IMG/VR virus record: IMGVR_UViG_3300032123_000052
Span: 128,001-192,000 of that record
DNA: 64,000 bases
DNA from: a virus
Taxonomy: Duplodnaviria > Caudoviricetes
Strand: one strand, 5' to 3'
The position numbers and the translations under genes are program-made. Positions 40,011 through 50,991 of this stretch are shown in pieces. Under the pieces are notes generated by a model, which saw only the letters and a list, made by a program, of their open reading frames with translations, searched no databases and had not been told where the DNA came from. How positions within the stretch are numbered: the first letter of the stretch is position 1; each line of letters starts with the position of its first letter.

Positions 40011-40853
40011 TTAATCTCCTTTCAACATGTGGTTTGCATAATCAAAAGTTCTCTTAAACAAACTATCAACGGATCTAAAATCTGCAGATAACTGCATTAC
40101 GTTTGTGAATTTGTAATGCTTTGCTTCCTCAGACTGGCCAACAAGCTCAAGAAACTCTTTTTGTTCATCTGGGGAGAACCCGTCATATTCCCCGTTCTCA
40201 AATATGAACGAAGCCCCCTGGCTATGCCCAAGCTGATACGATTCGTAACAAGTACCAAAGGCGCCAACATCATTACCAAGAAGGTTTTTTTTTAATTTAA
40301 CAATACAACCAGGAAGCAATATTGAGTTTGAAGACTTTGATATATGCTCCAGGCAGTGTTTATGAACAAGCTTACAATCAAGATCACCGACCCCTCCACA
40401 TACAGGGCACAATGTAGATACAAGGCCTGGACGTTTTGTAGCCCATTTAGCGACAAGCGACCTAACGTACTCGAGCAAATCATGTTCAGTTCCTTTTTCA
40501 ATAACAAGTGATAAGTTATCAAGAGCATCAACACTATGAAGTGTGTTGTGAACCTTTCCATTATCATGCATTTTTTCCTGAATAAACTTGATCGAACCTT
40601 CATCGCCATCACAGTGGATCTCACCGGTTTTTGTATTCATATAAATATTTACAGACACCCATGGCTCAGGATAATTTTTTGACTGAAAGGTTGATACGGA
40701 CCGCGCCTGTTGTATTATAACATGTTTAATATCGGCAAAGTCACTATCATTGCCAAATATTCCACGGTCCATATTATCGATTAAGCAACGAAGCATTTCT
40801 TGCGGATTTTTAATTTTTTTTATTTGTGCGATAAATTCATTATCGTTCAACAT
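40011..40853 (-). CDS. Hypothetical multidomain protein
   Basis: ORF track; GGAGG RBS. Confidence 0.65.
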   Translation of the reverse strand: MLNDNEFIAQIKKIKNPQEMLRCLIDNMDRGIFGNDSDFADIKHVIIQQARSVSTFQSKNYPEPWVSVNIYMNTKTGEIHCDGDEGSIKFIQEKMHDNGKVHNTLHSVDALDNLSLVIEKGTEHDLLEYVRSLVAKWATKRPGLVSTLCPVCGGVGDLDCKLVHKHCLEHISKSSNSILLPGCIVKLKKNLLGNDVGAFGTCYESYQLGHSQGASFIFENGEYDGFSPDEQKEFLELVGQSEEAKHYKFTNVMQLSADFRSVDSLFKRTFDYANHMLKGD

Positions 40854-41055
40854 TCCTCCTTATTAAAAGACAAATTTAATTCATAAAACTTGGCATGTAT
40901 CTTTTGCCATATGCGGTACCTGGCCATATCCTTACGAATAAGGCATCTGGTCAGGCACGTACATATTCGGTTAGTACGCAACAATTCTCTGCGTATTATA
41001 CCTCTTTCTGGTTTTGGTATATCTTCAGTCCATACCTTTAACATGAGTTCTCCTA

Positions 41056-41859
41056 TTACAGTTCTGGCAAATAAATCATTTCTTTTTCCCACGCCCCTAA
41101 AATATGGTAATAGAAACCGAATGGAGATTGAGCAACGAGTATTGGGTCTCGTTTTGCGTATTGTTTCTGAAAATCTTTAGCCGATGCTATAACATAAAAT
41201 CTTGGCTTCTTATCACACAGCGCTTGTACAGCCTCATTATATGATGTCATTATTTTAACAGCTATATCAGGAAACTCTGGAACAAAAATATCGGCTGACT
41301 CAAACATAAGGTTGTACTTATTAGTAAGACTTATAATTTTTTCTTCGTTCGTAGCATCCCACTGTTCAAAGAAAGTTTTAAATGTTTGGCCATCTTTATA
41401 TTCCTCACCACACTTTTTACGATTCTCGAGACAATCAATCATCGCTGCAAGGTCGTTTTTAGGCTGACTTTGATTTATTAATTTACGCTTAAATTTTAAG
41501 ATGTTAATCTTATCGTCGAGCGCGTTTAACGACCAATTGGTCGGGGTACGCGCAAGTTCCCCAATAACATCAATTGGTTTTACAGGAACTTTCCTTTCTT
41601 TCGGCAATTTATCATTAGTTTTGCTTGAACCAAGAGCGCCTGTTACTATACTTACGCCATACTGATCCTCTTTATAACTGATCATGTAGGATGGATACAT
41701 AGTCTCCGTAGACGGCGTTTGGACGCCGGTATTTAATTTCTCTTCTTTTGATTTTAATTTAGCCACAAACTTTTTCTCTAACCGATTTTGCATATAAAAA
41801 GTAATCAGTAGAAACAATATCAATACAAAAACAATAATTGCTGCATCAAAAAGTGTCAC
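41056..41859 (-). CDS. Membrane-anchored conserved phage protein
   Basis: N-terminal TM segment; C-terminal DPILVAQSPFGFYYHILGAW. Confidence 0.7.
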   Translation of the reverse strand: MTLFDAAIIVFVLILFLLITFYMQNRLEKKFVAKLKSKEEKLNTGVQTPSTETMYPSYMISYKEDQYGVSIVTGALGSSKTNDKLPKERKVPVKPIDVIGELARTPTNWSLNALDDKINILKFKRKLINQSQPKNDLAAMIDCLENRKKCGEEYKDGQTFKTFFEQWDATNEEKIISLTNKYNLMFESADIFVPEFPDIAVKIMTSYNEAVQALCDKKPRFYVIASAKDFQKQYAKRDPILVAQSPFGFYYHILGAWEKEMIYLPEL

Positions 41860-42229
41860 GATATTCTCCTTTTATTAATTATTTACCCTTACCTATACCA
41901 TACCTGCGTCGAGAGGCGCACATTCCGTCCTGCTTGGTATTTTTGCTCATGGTTCTAAGAGCCCGCTTTCTTGACTCTCGTTTATTCCGCTTCCTCGTTT
42001 TCCTATTTCTTGCCATTTTGTGCATCCTCACTATTTGTTTCCGGATTAACAGGTTCCGTATTCGTTACTGCGTTCTCATTACACCTGTTGTCATACTCCC
42101 AGTCTTTACGAAAAGCCTCCCACTCACCAGCATCATTTTTGATGATTATATCTCCAGGACAGACCTTCTGCCCATCATTTGACTTGTCAATCCACCCATG
42201 CATATGTGTAAAAAAACCACAATGCTGGC

Positions 42230-42359
42230 ATAGTACTCCAGTACATATTATCACTATTAGTTCAATTTTTCTTTTGCCAACTTTAACAATTCTTCTATTT
42301 CAGAAACCATCCAACCTGGTGTTTCGCGAATAGTACTCCAGTACATATTATCACTATTA
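42230..42359. repeat. 30-bp exact direct repeat, 100-bp period
   Basis: ATAGTACTCCAGTACATATTATCACTATTA at 42230-42259 and 42330-42359. Confidence 0.9.
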
Positions 42360-42517
42360 CACACCAAGATAGAAACGCGAAAAGCGTTTAACTCAGCGCC
42401 AACCTTATCAATATCTATTACCATGACCGGATATTCTTTACTGTTGCCAGCCTCTATATAATATCTGGATACTACAAGTTGGGCTTGATCACACGGCTCC
42501 TTAGTTTGTACCCACAT
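42257..42517 (-). CDS. Small hypothetical protein, paralog of 42519-42785
   Basis: Shared W-V...SRxYIxA...EYP...IDIxK...EE pattern. Confidence 0.65.
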   Translation of the reverse strand: MWVQTKEPCDQAQLVVSRYYIEAGNSKEYPVMVIDIDKVGAELNAFRVSILVCNSDNMYWSTIRETPGWMVSEIEELLKLAKEKLN

Positions 42518-42518
42518 T

Positions 42519-42785
42519 TCACACCTCCCTTTTTATCATCTCATTTGCAATAGCTATCATTTCTTCGAATTCTTTTTCAAGCCCTTTAGGTAGGGTGTCA
42601 ATGTGGTAATATGATCTATGCGCGCTCTTTGCCATATAAATACTATGCGCTATGCCGGAATCTTGTTCTTTCTTCCTAATATCGATTGCGACATTTGGAT
42701 ACTCAACACAATCCGCCCTGATATATACACGAGAGAACAAAGCCCTAATGTTTTCAGGATCTGCGGCTTCAACCCACGCCGTCAT
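42519..42785 (-). CDS. Small hypothetical protein, paralog of 42257-42517
   Basis: Same shared pattern as the neighbouring gene. Confidence 0.65.
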   Translation of the reverse strand: MTAWVEAADPENIRALFSRVYIRADCVEYPNVAIDIRKKEQDSGIAHSIYMAKSAHRSYYHIDTLPKGLEKEFEEMIAIANEMIKREV

Positions 42786-42883
42786 TTAATTGGCCGCCAT
42801 GGAATGATAAGTGTTAAAAATCTAATTTGTGAATCCATTTTTCCACTAACCTTTCTATAGTATTCGAACCGATTAAGATTCGC

Positions 42884-43654
42884 TCATTTGTTGTTGAACT
42901 TGTCAATTATTTTTTGACTTAATCCCTTAATCATTAATCCATACCACCAGTGGCTTTGTATAGGAAGGAACCGCCATCCCCAGGCTTGGCTGATTTCAAA
43001 TATAGGACACTCTTTTACATAGCCCCATTCCTCAGGTGGAACATTTGGTACAGGGTCGAACCTATTTTCAACACGCAGGAAGTTCTTACCAGTAGAGCCA
43101 ATGCGAATTTTCCATCTTTCATCACCATACATCGGAGCGCCGTAAAAGATCCCGGATACGTTACTTTTCCATGGATAATTCTCAGCTATATTTGCGGCGA
43201 ATTCGGCCATACCAATACAGATAGCACCGCCTCGAGAGTGACCACGGAATTCAATACTTTTAACTTTTCTCCAGGCAGATACATGTTTGATTATGATATC
43301 TTCCCAGATTTCACGTGCAGCATTGTAAAAACCTTTATGCCTACCCATACCATCAATCTTTGTCTGGAAGTTTTCTTTCCAGTCCTGACTATCGTCGGTA
43401 CCAGCAACAGAGACGGTCACCTTTACACCATATGGGTGTTCTGAGAAAGCGATATAACCACGATCGTTTTCGCAAGTGAAATAATAGTAAGCTCTTGGTT
43501 TTTTACCTAAACCTTTTATTATCAGCTTAGGGTTGTCATTGGCTTTACACAACAGCCAGCCGTCTTTAAGAAGTTTTTTGCTAACTTTCATTCTGAACAC
43601 CTTCTTCTCCTTTTGCGATTTGGGATTGACTGCACGATAATAACTACCTATCAA
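42884..43654 (-). CDS. Class 3 lipase-like alpha/beta hydrolase
   Basis: GHSRGG nucleophile elbow, YGAP, ENRFDPVPNVPP (Asp), SHWWY (His). Confidence 0.85.
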   Translation of the reverse strand: MIGSYYRAVNPKSQKEKKVFRMKVSKKLLKDGWLLCKANDNPKLIIKGLGKKPRAYYYFTCENDRGYIAFSEHPYGVKVTVSVAGTDDSQDWKENFQTKIDGMGRHKGFYNAAREIWEDIIIKHVSAWRKVKSIEFRGHSRGGAICIGMAEFAANIAENYPWKSNVSGIFYGAPMYGDERWKIRIGSTGKNFLRVENRFDPVPNVPPEEWGYVKECPIFEISQAWGWRFLPIQSHWWYGLMIKGLSQKIIDKFNNK

Positions 43655-43770
43655 AATAGTTATACCACATAGTTATCAAAAATCACATTCATATTTTTTT
43701 TATTTGCATTACAATAAAAAATTGACTATTTTTCTATAAGATTTCTCATAGTTAAAAAAAAGGAGTATAG

Positions 43771-44598
43771 ATGAACGATAAAAACGACAATCAGCAGAGG
43801 CAGCCGCGCCAGGGTGTATTTGATCAGAAAAATAGCAATCTGAAAGCACCAATAGAGCCTGTGCCAAAGCCTGCAGTAAGACAAGAACAAAACAATGCGC
43901 CTTCATCAGAGCCGAAAGAAGATTTTAAAGATCCTTTTGAGCAGCAGGGCACTGATATAAAAGAACGTGCCCGTAAAGCAAAAGAGAACACAGATACTTA
44001 TGCGGACGAGACTGCCTCTAAGATTAATAAATCATTGAGTGATGGCGACATCAGCCTTGAAGAACTTCCTATTACTGAGGATGATATAAAGCTCGCTGAG
44101 AAACTTATATTCGACGGGTACGCTGAAACAGAAGTATTCATGGATAGTTTTCCTAATAATAAGTTTACTATCTGCTCTACCAATGCTGAAGAGATCGGTA
44201 TGATTGATGAAATTATATACGATGTAATGAAAAAACATGAGACCAACGATGGTATGATTGATATACCTCAGAACAAAGTACAGGCTTTGAGAAATGCAAT
44301 ATTTGCATGTCTTGGATATCGCGGCCGTGATGGCGAAGATTTGTGCGGCGTCGATAGATCCCGAAACCTTGTAGTTATTAAAAAAGCGATTGTAAGACGC
44401 GGCGATCTTGAGCAAACTGGAAAGTCTGAAGAAGTTGAGACATTAAACAAAAGCCTTAAAGAAGCTATTGTTATCAGGGCGCGGCGTATACAACAGCTCC
44501 CAACGCCGATGATTGATTTTATCACGGCGGAAAAATACAAGTTCGATAAAAAGATGTACAAAATTATGACCATGAAGGGGGTAGTCCCAAAATCTTAG
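43771..44598 (+). CDS. Putative tail assembly chaperone (G-like)
   Basis: AGGAG RBS; ends in the slippery heptamer C CCA AAA just before the stop. Confidence 0.6.
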   Translation: MNDKNDNQQRQPRQGVFDQKNSNLKAPIEPVPKPAVRQEQNNAPSSEPKEDFKDPFEQQGTDIKERARKAKENTDTYADETASKINKSLSDGDISLEELPITEDDIKLAEKLIFDGYAETEVFMDSFPNNKFTICSTNAEEIGMIDEIIYDVMKKHETNDGMIDIPQNKVQALRNAIFACLGYRGRDGEDLCGVDRSRNLVVIKKAIVRRGDLEQTGKSEEVETLNKSLKEAIVIRARRIQQLPTPMIDFITAEKYKFDKKMYKIMTMKGVVPKS

Positions 44599-44924
44599 GG
44601 ACCCCTACGGGTGCTGCGAGGGCTTACTTCCTGTTTAGCGGTAGAAAGTTCAAATATGACTCCTTAGAGGAGTCAATAGCCATATCGGTATTTGAGCGCG
44701 AAAGAGCAAGGAAATTTATAACACCACTTATATCCGTAGCCGGTCCCGATGAAGTACAGAGCCTGCAGAGAAAGCTACGGAGTTTATTGTTCCCAGAAGA
44801 CAAGTATGACGATTTTGCCCATGTTCGTAAGGCGAAGAAAGTTTTTGAAAAGCTTAAGGATATTAATTTACACATCAAACCTTTTCGTGATAGCCAGGCC
44901 GGATGGAAGAGGGTCCAAAGATAA
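44586..44924 (+). CDS. -1 frameshift extension (GT-like), ~110 codons with no ATG
   Basis: The -1 frame is open 44550-44924 with no in-frame ATG; it stops directly before the RBS of the next gene. Confidence 0.7.
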   Translation, partial: PKILGTPTGAARAYFLFSGRKFKYDSLEESIAISVFERERARKFITPLISVAGPDEVQSLQRKLRSLLFPEDKYDDFAHVRKAKKVFEKLKDINLHIKPFRDSQAGWKRVQR

Positions 44925-44930
44925 GGAGTT

Positions 44931-45251
44931 ATGGATTATACCACAAAGCATGATAAGAAGTTTATCGGCCCTACAAAAGAATCGGATATAGAAGAACAAA
45001 TAGGGAAAACCCTTGCTGATGAGGGTGGTGGAGAATACGGCTTCGTATGTATCTGGAGAATAGGCGATAACAGCAACAGTTCGAGAGAATGTACTGTGAA
45101 GGAATTTCTATCGAGGCCTGATAACCAGAACGGTACATGGTTAATCGATGGTGGTTGGGGTGGTCCTCCTGGCCCGATCCATGTAAGATGGAATGGAGAG
45201 TTAAACAAATGGGAGAATGGTGGATTTTGCGGAAACGGATTTGATAAATAA
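44931..45251 (+). CDS. Hypothetical protein
   Basis: AAGGAG RBS. Confidence 0.65.
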   Translation: MDYTTKHDKKFIGPTKESDIEEQIGKTLADEGGGEYGFVCIWRIGDNSNSSRECTVKEFLSRPDNQNGTWLIDGGWGGPPGPIHVRWNGELNKWENGGFCGNGFDK

Positions 45252-45330
45252 TGTTAGATTGAGATCTTATCAGGAATAACAATATTGAGACATCTAATCA
45301 TTATTAAATTAAAACGAACAGGGGTAATAA

Positions 45331-46122
45331 ATGAATCCATATACTGTAGTAACAGTCATGCTCGGAATGAATCGGTTTCATCAGAAGGACGCTGACTTCC
45401 CTTTTGATATGACTGCACTAGATGGTTACAACACCATTTGGATGCCTGAAGTCGATGAGGAGGAGCGGGTTTGCTCGACTCTTTTTTACGAAGCACTACA
45501 GGCAGTTGAAATAGTTCGCAATAGCACGAAAGATGATGTCGTCTTCATATTCGGCAGGGGAACGATTGGCCGGTCTCAAGAGGAGAGGTTGTTTGAAGCC
45601 TGGCGCAGTTGTATGCAGCATTATGGAAACGATGTCCGCCACGTTATTGTAGCAAAGAGTTTTGGTGTTGGTGACACAATGACGGCACTTAAAATGTTTA
45701 AGAGATATCATAAAAAACCAAAGGTTGAAGGTCTCTTTTTAATTGATGGATTCATACCGCCATCACGAAGGAGAAAAATTGCGAAGAAAAAAAACGGTTA
45801 CTGGAGGATCAAGATTCCTAAGTTCGTTAATTGTTACTTTAACGTCATACAGCGGGCAAAAGGCACTAAAGGGATTAGCGTTCTTAATCCTGCTCATAAT
45901 TTTGTGGTTACTCAGAAACACATAGAAAAATATGGAAAATATTATTCCGAGTATAAAGGTGATTATAAGCGGCTGCTTACCGTTTCCCATTTCAACATGG
46001 AGGAAATAGTCAGCGCGGTGCCGTGTATAAAGATAGAAAATGATTGGTTAACGTTGCGATTTGCAATTCAGAGAATAATCGATAGATGTGGTGGTTATTA
46101 TAAAGACAGGGGTAAAAAATAG
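45331..46122 (+). CDS. Alpha/beta hydrolase-fold protein
   Basis: VIVAKSFG elbow, LFLIDG strand, SHF His candidate. Confidence 0.6.
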   Translation: MNPYTVVTVMLGMNRFHQKDADFPFDMTALDGYNTIWMPEVDEEERVCSTLFYEALQAVEIVRNSTKDDVVFIFGRGTIGRSQEERLFEAWRSCMQHYGNDVRHVIVAKSFGVGDTMTALKMFKRYHKKPKVEGLFLIDGFIPPSRRRKIAKKKNGYWRIKIPKFVNCYFNVIQRAKGTKGISVLNPAHNFVVTQKHIEKYGKYYSEYKGDYKRLLTVSHFNMEEIVSAVPCIKIENDWLTLRFAIQRIIDRCGGYYKDRGKK

Positions 46123-46664
46123 TAATGCGCGAAGATAAGAATTGTACGACGTGTGACGCTGAGGATGCTCCGAATGATGAATATCCGTGTAATGGATGTG
46201 ATCCGAGATGGCTTGATAAATGGAGAGAAAAACAAGAAGAAGGAACTGATCTGTGGGATTAGAAAGGAGGATAGTGGAAAATGCAGCAAGCAAAGGTATT
46301 TATAACTCTTTATTCGAATACGAGAACTGAGCAGGTAAAAATGTTCTTAGGGATCGTGGCGAAAATTGTTCCTCTTTTATTAACCACAAAACCAAAACAT
46401 ACCGGTAGAGAAGGTGGTGGTATGAGGGGGCAACATCTACACAAAGAGGAAGCGTACTGGACTGTGGAGAGGGAGTAATCAATGATTTCTGTTGAGAAGA
46501 TTGATAATAAAGATATCAAGTATTGCGCCAATTGTGATAAATTGGCTAAATTTAAAATCCATATTAATAACCTTGAGATGGTACTATCAAGGCAAGGTAT
46601 ATGTCTATGTGCTAAATGCATAGCAACACTAACACGATGTTTAAAACTTAAGGAGTAAGCTTTT

Positions 46665-47168
46665 ATGGATGATTTCAATAATAATAGACCACCTGATGAT
46701 GACAACAATTTGCCAGATGGAGTATATCCTGATCAGCCGCCAGATATTCCTGGTGAAAATGCACACTTAGAAGGAATGCCAGACTTTATTAAGAGTGCCA
46801 TTGATGGTTTAATGAGCAAGATTGGCGCTACTGGTGGAATTGCAATACCGATAGGGTCAATACCAAAGGACATTCGTGACAAAATATGCTCGATGTGCCC
46901 ACAAATGGTTGAAGATGAAGTTGCAGACCTTGATCCAAATGAGATGGATGAATGGAACTCTATCAACGCTGAAACAGACCGCCTGCTTACTGAGGCTGAC
47001 AAGATTCATAAAGCCCTTGATAGAGTTGATTTGCGTAAATCTATTTTGAGTGCCAGCCTTGAATTAAAGCATGAGGTTATTGGCAAGCGGTTGAAGATCG
47101 AGAACGGCAAGCTGATAAGAAAATATTGTGATATACCCAAAGGAGACAAGTGTAATTTCAATGGATGA
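46665..47168 (+). CDS. Hypothetical protein
   Basis: AAGGAG RBS; C-terminal coiled coil. Confidence 0.65.
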   Translation: MDDFNNNRPPDDDNNLPDGVYPDQPPDIPGENAHLEGMPDFIKSAIDGLMSKIGATGGIAIPIGSIPKDIRDKICSMCPQMVEDEVADLDPNEMDEWNSINAETDRLLTEADKIHKALDRVDLRKSILSASLELKHEVIGKRLKIENGKLIRKYCDIPKGDKCNFNG

Positions 47169-48162
47169 TTATAATTCGAGATTAAGCCCATTGGAAGCCC
47201 TGATGAAGGTTTGGCGAAAACGCCGGGAAAAACTGCGGAAAGAAGCTGTGGTCCTTGATAAGGATGATACGCAGGATAATCAACGCAACTGTAACATTGC
47301 CTATGGAAGATTTCAAGAAGCTTCCAAGTGCTCATCAGATCTGAGAAGAGTACTGAATAAAATGTTAAAAGATAGCATAGTACATAAAAGTATGGCACAG
47401 CACAGCAATGATCCGAAGCACAAGCACCATAATCGGTGCTTATTGTATTGTTGGTCATATAAACCCCATCACCATAATGGGGTTGAGATAGTCTTGTCAT
47501 ACTGTCTGAAGTTGAAGAGATGCATTTATCCCGAGCTGTTTGATCAGGAGCATCCGGCAGATTGTCCTGTCAATTCTATAAGGGAATTGGCTGGATTGGA
47601 GAAAATATAATGATAAAGATAAAGGATTAACATGCCTGATAATGCAATTCGATGTGATAAGTGTGGGGTTGTGTTAGTAGACCCTCGTAGGAAGAAGATA
47701 CGGAGTTGTTCCCACTATCCATTAACAATTGAGAAATTGAACGTGGGAGGTGAAGATGCTTCTCACATTGGTCTTGGAACAACCAAATCTCAAAAGTATA
47801 GGGATGTGGCAGTTGTTGATTTTGATTTTAACCATTGTTTTAATGTGGCTATGGAATGGGGCAAAAAATTAGGAGGTGTAAATGATTAAAGTTAATAAAG
47901 AACGTTTTATAGAAAGTCAAAAAAAAATAAACTATGTTGTTTTTGAAGTTACCACAAAACAACTTTATGTAATACCAAAAGGTGCACATCAATCAATAGA
48001 AGAGTTAAAAAAAGAATGGTTTGTAGAATATGAGAATAGAAGCCATGCATTTAAAGATGGCTGTCTTGTACAATTTTCTAATAATGTAATAGAGGTTAAA
48101 GAATTATAAAAGTAATGATAGGTGTTATTGAAACAATTAACCGAGAATGGAGTTATTGATAA

Positions 48163-49317
48163 ATGTTAAAAAGTATTTGGCTTTGGGGAACAGGATCTCT
48201 GATTTCTATATTTGTATTAATAAGATCATTGATCTTTTTTACTATACGGATACGTGGTCAACGTGCGAGCATTTTGTTCGACATAGTGAAACAGGATGGA
48301 AAGTTCTTCAAAATAAAAGAGGAATTTTGCGATGACGCTGTTCCAAAAGAGTTCAGAGCCATAGGGTTTCTGAAAGGTATAATGTTTTATATAGACATTA
48401 CAGAGCGCATGCTGCAAGCCGGATTTTCCGGTACCGATAGTATAATAAATATCACATTGTTAAGATGGAGAGTCAAGAAGTTAAAACACATGATACTCAC
48501 CAAGAAGATTATCAACACCGAGATTCCGGTGTATATTATGCAGTCGTGGGATTCTGAGAAGATTGGCGTAGTAAAGGCGCCAAAGTTTTTTTGCCCATCT
48601 GTATATGGATCAGCGTATAGCCAGATAGACCAGTACATTCAAAATGTTATTAATGGCCGTATGGATAAAACCGGTACTATTTTGTATGGTCCTCCTGGAA
48701 ATGGTAAGAGTCATCTTGTTAAGCATTTTTCATGTAAATATAATCTACCCATATATCTTTTGTCATTAATGAGGGATGTGGATAATCACAGCCTTATTCG
48801 GATGTTCGCTCGAGCAAAGGGTCCTGGTATTGTATTGATTGAGGATTTTGACACAACATACAATGGTAGGAAATGCCTGATAGAAGAGGCGAAGTTTACA
48901 TTCGACACATTGCTCAATGTAATTGATGGTGCTTATTCGAATAATGAAAAGTTGATATATTTCATGACAGCGAATTGTATCGATAAAGTTGATTTCGCAT
49001 TGAAGCATAGACCTTCCCGTTTTCGAGTAGTTGCTGAGGTGAAAAATCCAAGTCAAGAAGATTGCGCAAAAATTCTTGAGAAGTATAGGAAGTATGATAA
49101 TAGTGCGTACAAAACTAGTATCATAAAAGGTGGATATACAATGGATATCGTTATGTTTGCCAAAGAGATGCTTGAATATGGCCACACATTCTCAGATGTA
49201 TGCAATAAATTTATTCCTCAATTTCAGGAAAGCACGAACGGAATCAGAAAAGATTCCGCAGAACAATTGAAAAAGCAGAATGAGAAACCACCAGAAGGAG
49301 TACCATCCGCATCATGA
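48163..49317 (+). CDS. Membrane-anchored BCS1-like AAA+ ATPase
   Basis: N-terminal TM segment; GPPGNGKS; IEDFD; LLNVIDG; MTAN; RPSR arginine finger. Confidence 0.85.
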   Translation: MLKSIWLWGTGSLISIFVLIRSLIFFTIRIRGQRASILFDIVKQDGKFFKIKEEFCDDAVPKEFRAIGFLKGIMFYIDITERMLQAGFSGTDSIINITLLRWRVKKLKHMILTKKIINTEIPVYIMQSWDSEKIGVVKAPKFFCPSVYGSAYSQIDQYIQNVINGRMDKTGTILYGPPGNGKSHLVKHFSCKYNLPIYLLSLMRDVDNHSLIRMFARAKGPGIVLIEDFDTTYNGRKCLIEEAKFTFDTLLNVIDGAYSNNEKLIYFMTANCIDKVDFALKHRPSRFRVVAEVKNPSQEDCAKILEKYRKYDNSAYKTSIIKGGYTMDIVMFAKEMLEYGHTFSDVCNKFIPQFQESTNGIRKDSAEQLKKQNEKPPEGVPSAS

Positions 49318-49628
49318 AAGGAAAAATAAAACAATTAAGAAAAAAATATTTGAATAAATTCTTCGCTCATCAAAACTCTGCCGGAAGCATTCTAATATGC
49401 CATGTGGTAAAAATTAATTATTCCGGCAGCACCTATTACATCAAGGTGAAAGAGCTATACATGAACAATGAATTTAATCAAAAAAGAGTTAGCTCATCTG
49501 AAAGCACATATCATCTTGATTCGTTTGTTTCAAAATACAAAATATTACGAAAGAGAGTATGGGTCAATAGTATGGTTAGTCAAGCTATTGAAGACGTAAA
49601 GTATTTCTTAAATACAGAAACGGATTAA
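49314..49628 (+). CDS. Hypothetical protein
   Basis: ATGA overlap with the AAA gene. Confidence 0.6.
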   Translation: MKGKIKQLRKKYLNKFFAHQNSAGSILICHVVKINYSGSTYYIKVKELYMNNEFNQKRVSSSESTYHLDSFVSKYKILRKRVWVNSMVSQAIEDVKYFLNTETD

Positions 49629-49760
49629 GGGGTAATCGATGTTTGAGTTTGCTCTTCTTACAATATTGGTTTGTATTATCTGGGCTATTAGCAAGATTGC
49701 GAAGGTGTTAGAGGAAATTAGAGACGCCATTAATAATCACAAAGGAGGCACGGTACTGTA

Positions 49761-50072
49761 ATGGGTTTAGGCCGCGGTGTATCTGAGAATAAAAGAATGT
49801 GGTATGAGCATTATAAAAAGCTAAATGCAGGATTATTTACTTTTGAAAACTGTGGTAAAAACAGTGGTGAAATACCACCATATACAGATATAACAGATGA
49901 TGATTTATATATAGTTTCAATCGAAGGTAAATATGGAATGGATAAAGAATGGAAAGTTATAGGATATTCAGAATCAATTCCTTTTCCGGCACAAAGCTAT
50001 GAAGCAATAGGGATAATGTTTGAAAACCAAAATGATTTTACAAAAAGATGGTGGCATTATCCAAAACAATAA
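49761..50072 (+). CDS. Hypothetical protein
   Basis: GGAGG RBS. Confidence 0.6.
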   Translation: MGLGRGVSENKRMWYEHYKKLNAGLFTFENCGKNSGEIPPYTDITDDDLYIVSIEGKYGMDKEWKVIGYSESIPFPAQSYEAIGIMFENQNDFTKRWWHYPKQ

Positions 50073-50556
50073 CAAATGGAGGTTTTTATGTCAACAGATG
50101 AAGCAACCAGGATGGTTGAAACGTTGTTGAGTCTCAAGAGAGAAGATGTTATAACTGCAGAAGAGGTTAAATCGGCTTTAAAGAAGATTGAATATTATAA
50201 AGATGTTTTAGCCGAATAGCCACCTTTGGCAAGCTCCCTGCACATCTCCAAACAGCTGCATGTTGCTATTGCGGGGTGTGCTGATGAGTTTGTCAACACT
50301 AACAGCAGTGAGGTTAGAATATGTTGTTCGCAAGAGTTATTAAACATAACAGAATCAAAAACGGTATGGAGGCAATCCATGCCCCTGCTTCAACTGCAAA
50401 GAACCACCCGGGCACTGTGTGTGGTGTCTGGGCGGAACCTGGCAGCCATGTAGAGTGGTACAAAACACTTCTTCCATATAGTAAATTTGCAATTACCGGA
50501 TATAAGATACACTCACCTATTAAATAGAAGTTTTCCACGGTTTTATAATTATTTTA

Positions 50557-50991
50557 TTGATTATGAACATATATAGTGCTAAAATTATAGCAAACGATAA
50601 GATAGTGCCTTTTCAAGTATTCCAAGCGCATTGCGATGAGAGAAGATTTATATATGCAGGAAAACCGGGCAATTTCAATGTTCTGTGCAAATTGGAAAAT
50701 TATAAATGTAATAAAAAAAATTGTCCTATATGGAACTCCAACAGGGTGTCTGATATACCAGAGAATATGATATCTCTTCGTGATGTTAACTTGGCTTTAC
50801 GGTATCAGGAAAACGGGATGAATGATTCAAGAATGAAACGATTTATGGCGGATCAAAGGAAAAAGATAAAAGAATATAAACACAAAAAAGAAAAAGAGGC
50901 TGGAAAGGATTTGGGTGACCAGCCTATATATGAATGGATCGAATCGCAAAGCGAAGAGTTCAGGCAGAAATGGGAAGGCCGTAATAGATAA
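50557..50991 (+). CDS. Hypothetical protein
   Basis: ORF track; followed by a bidirectional terminator. Confidence 0.6.
   Translation: MIMNIYSAKIIANDKIVPFQVFQAHCDERRFIYAGKPGNFNVLCKLENYKCNKKNCPIWNSNRVSDIPENMISLRDVNLALRYQENGMNDSRMKRFMADQRKKIKEYKHKKEKEAGKDLGDQPIYEWIESQSEEFRQKWEGRNR

Noticed and set aside
42230-42359. Diversity-generating retroelement TR/VR pair
   Set aside because: The repeat is exact and only 30 bp, with no A-specific mismatches and no reverse transcriptase in the window.
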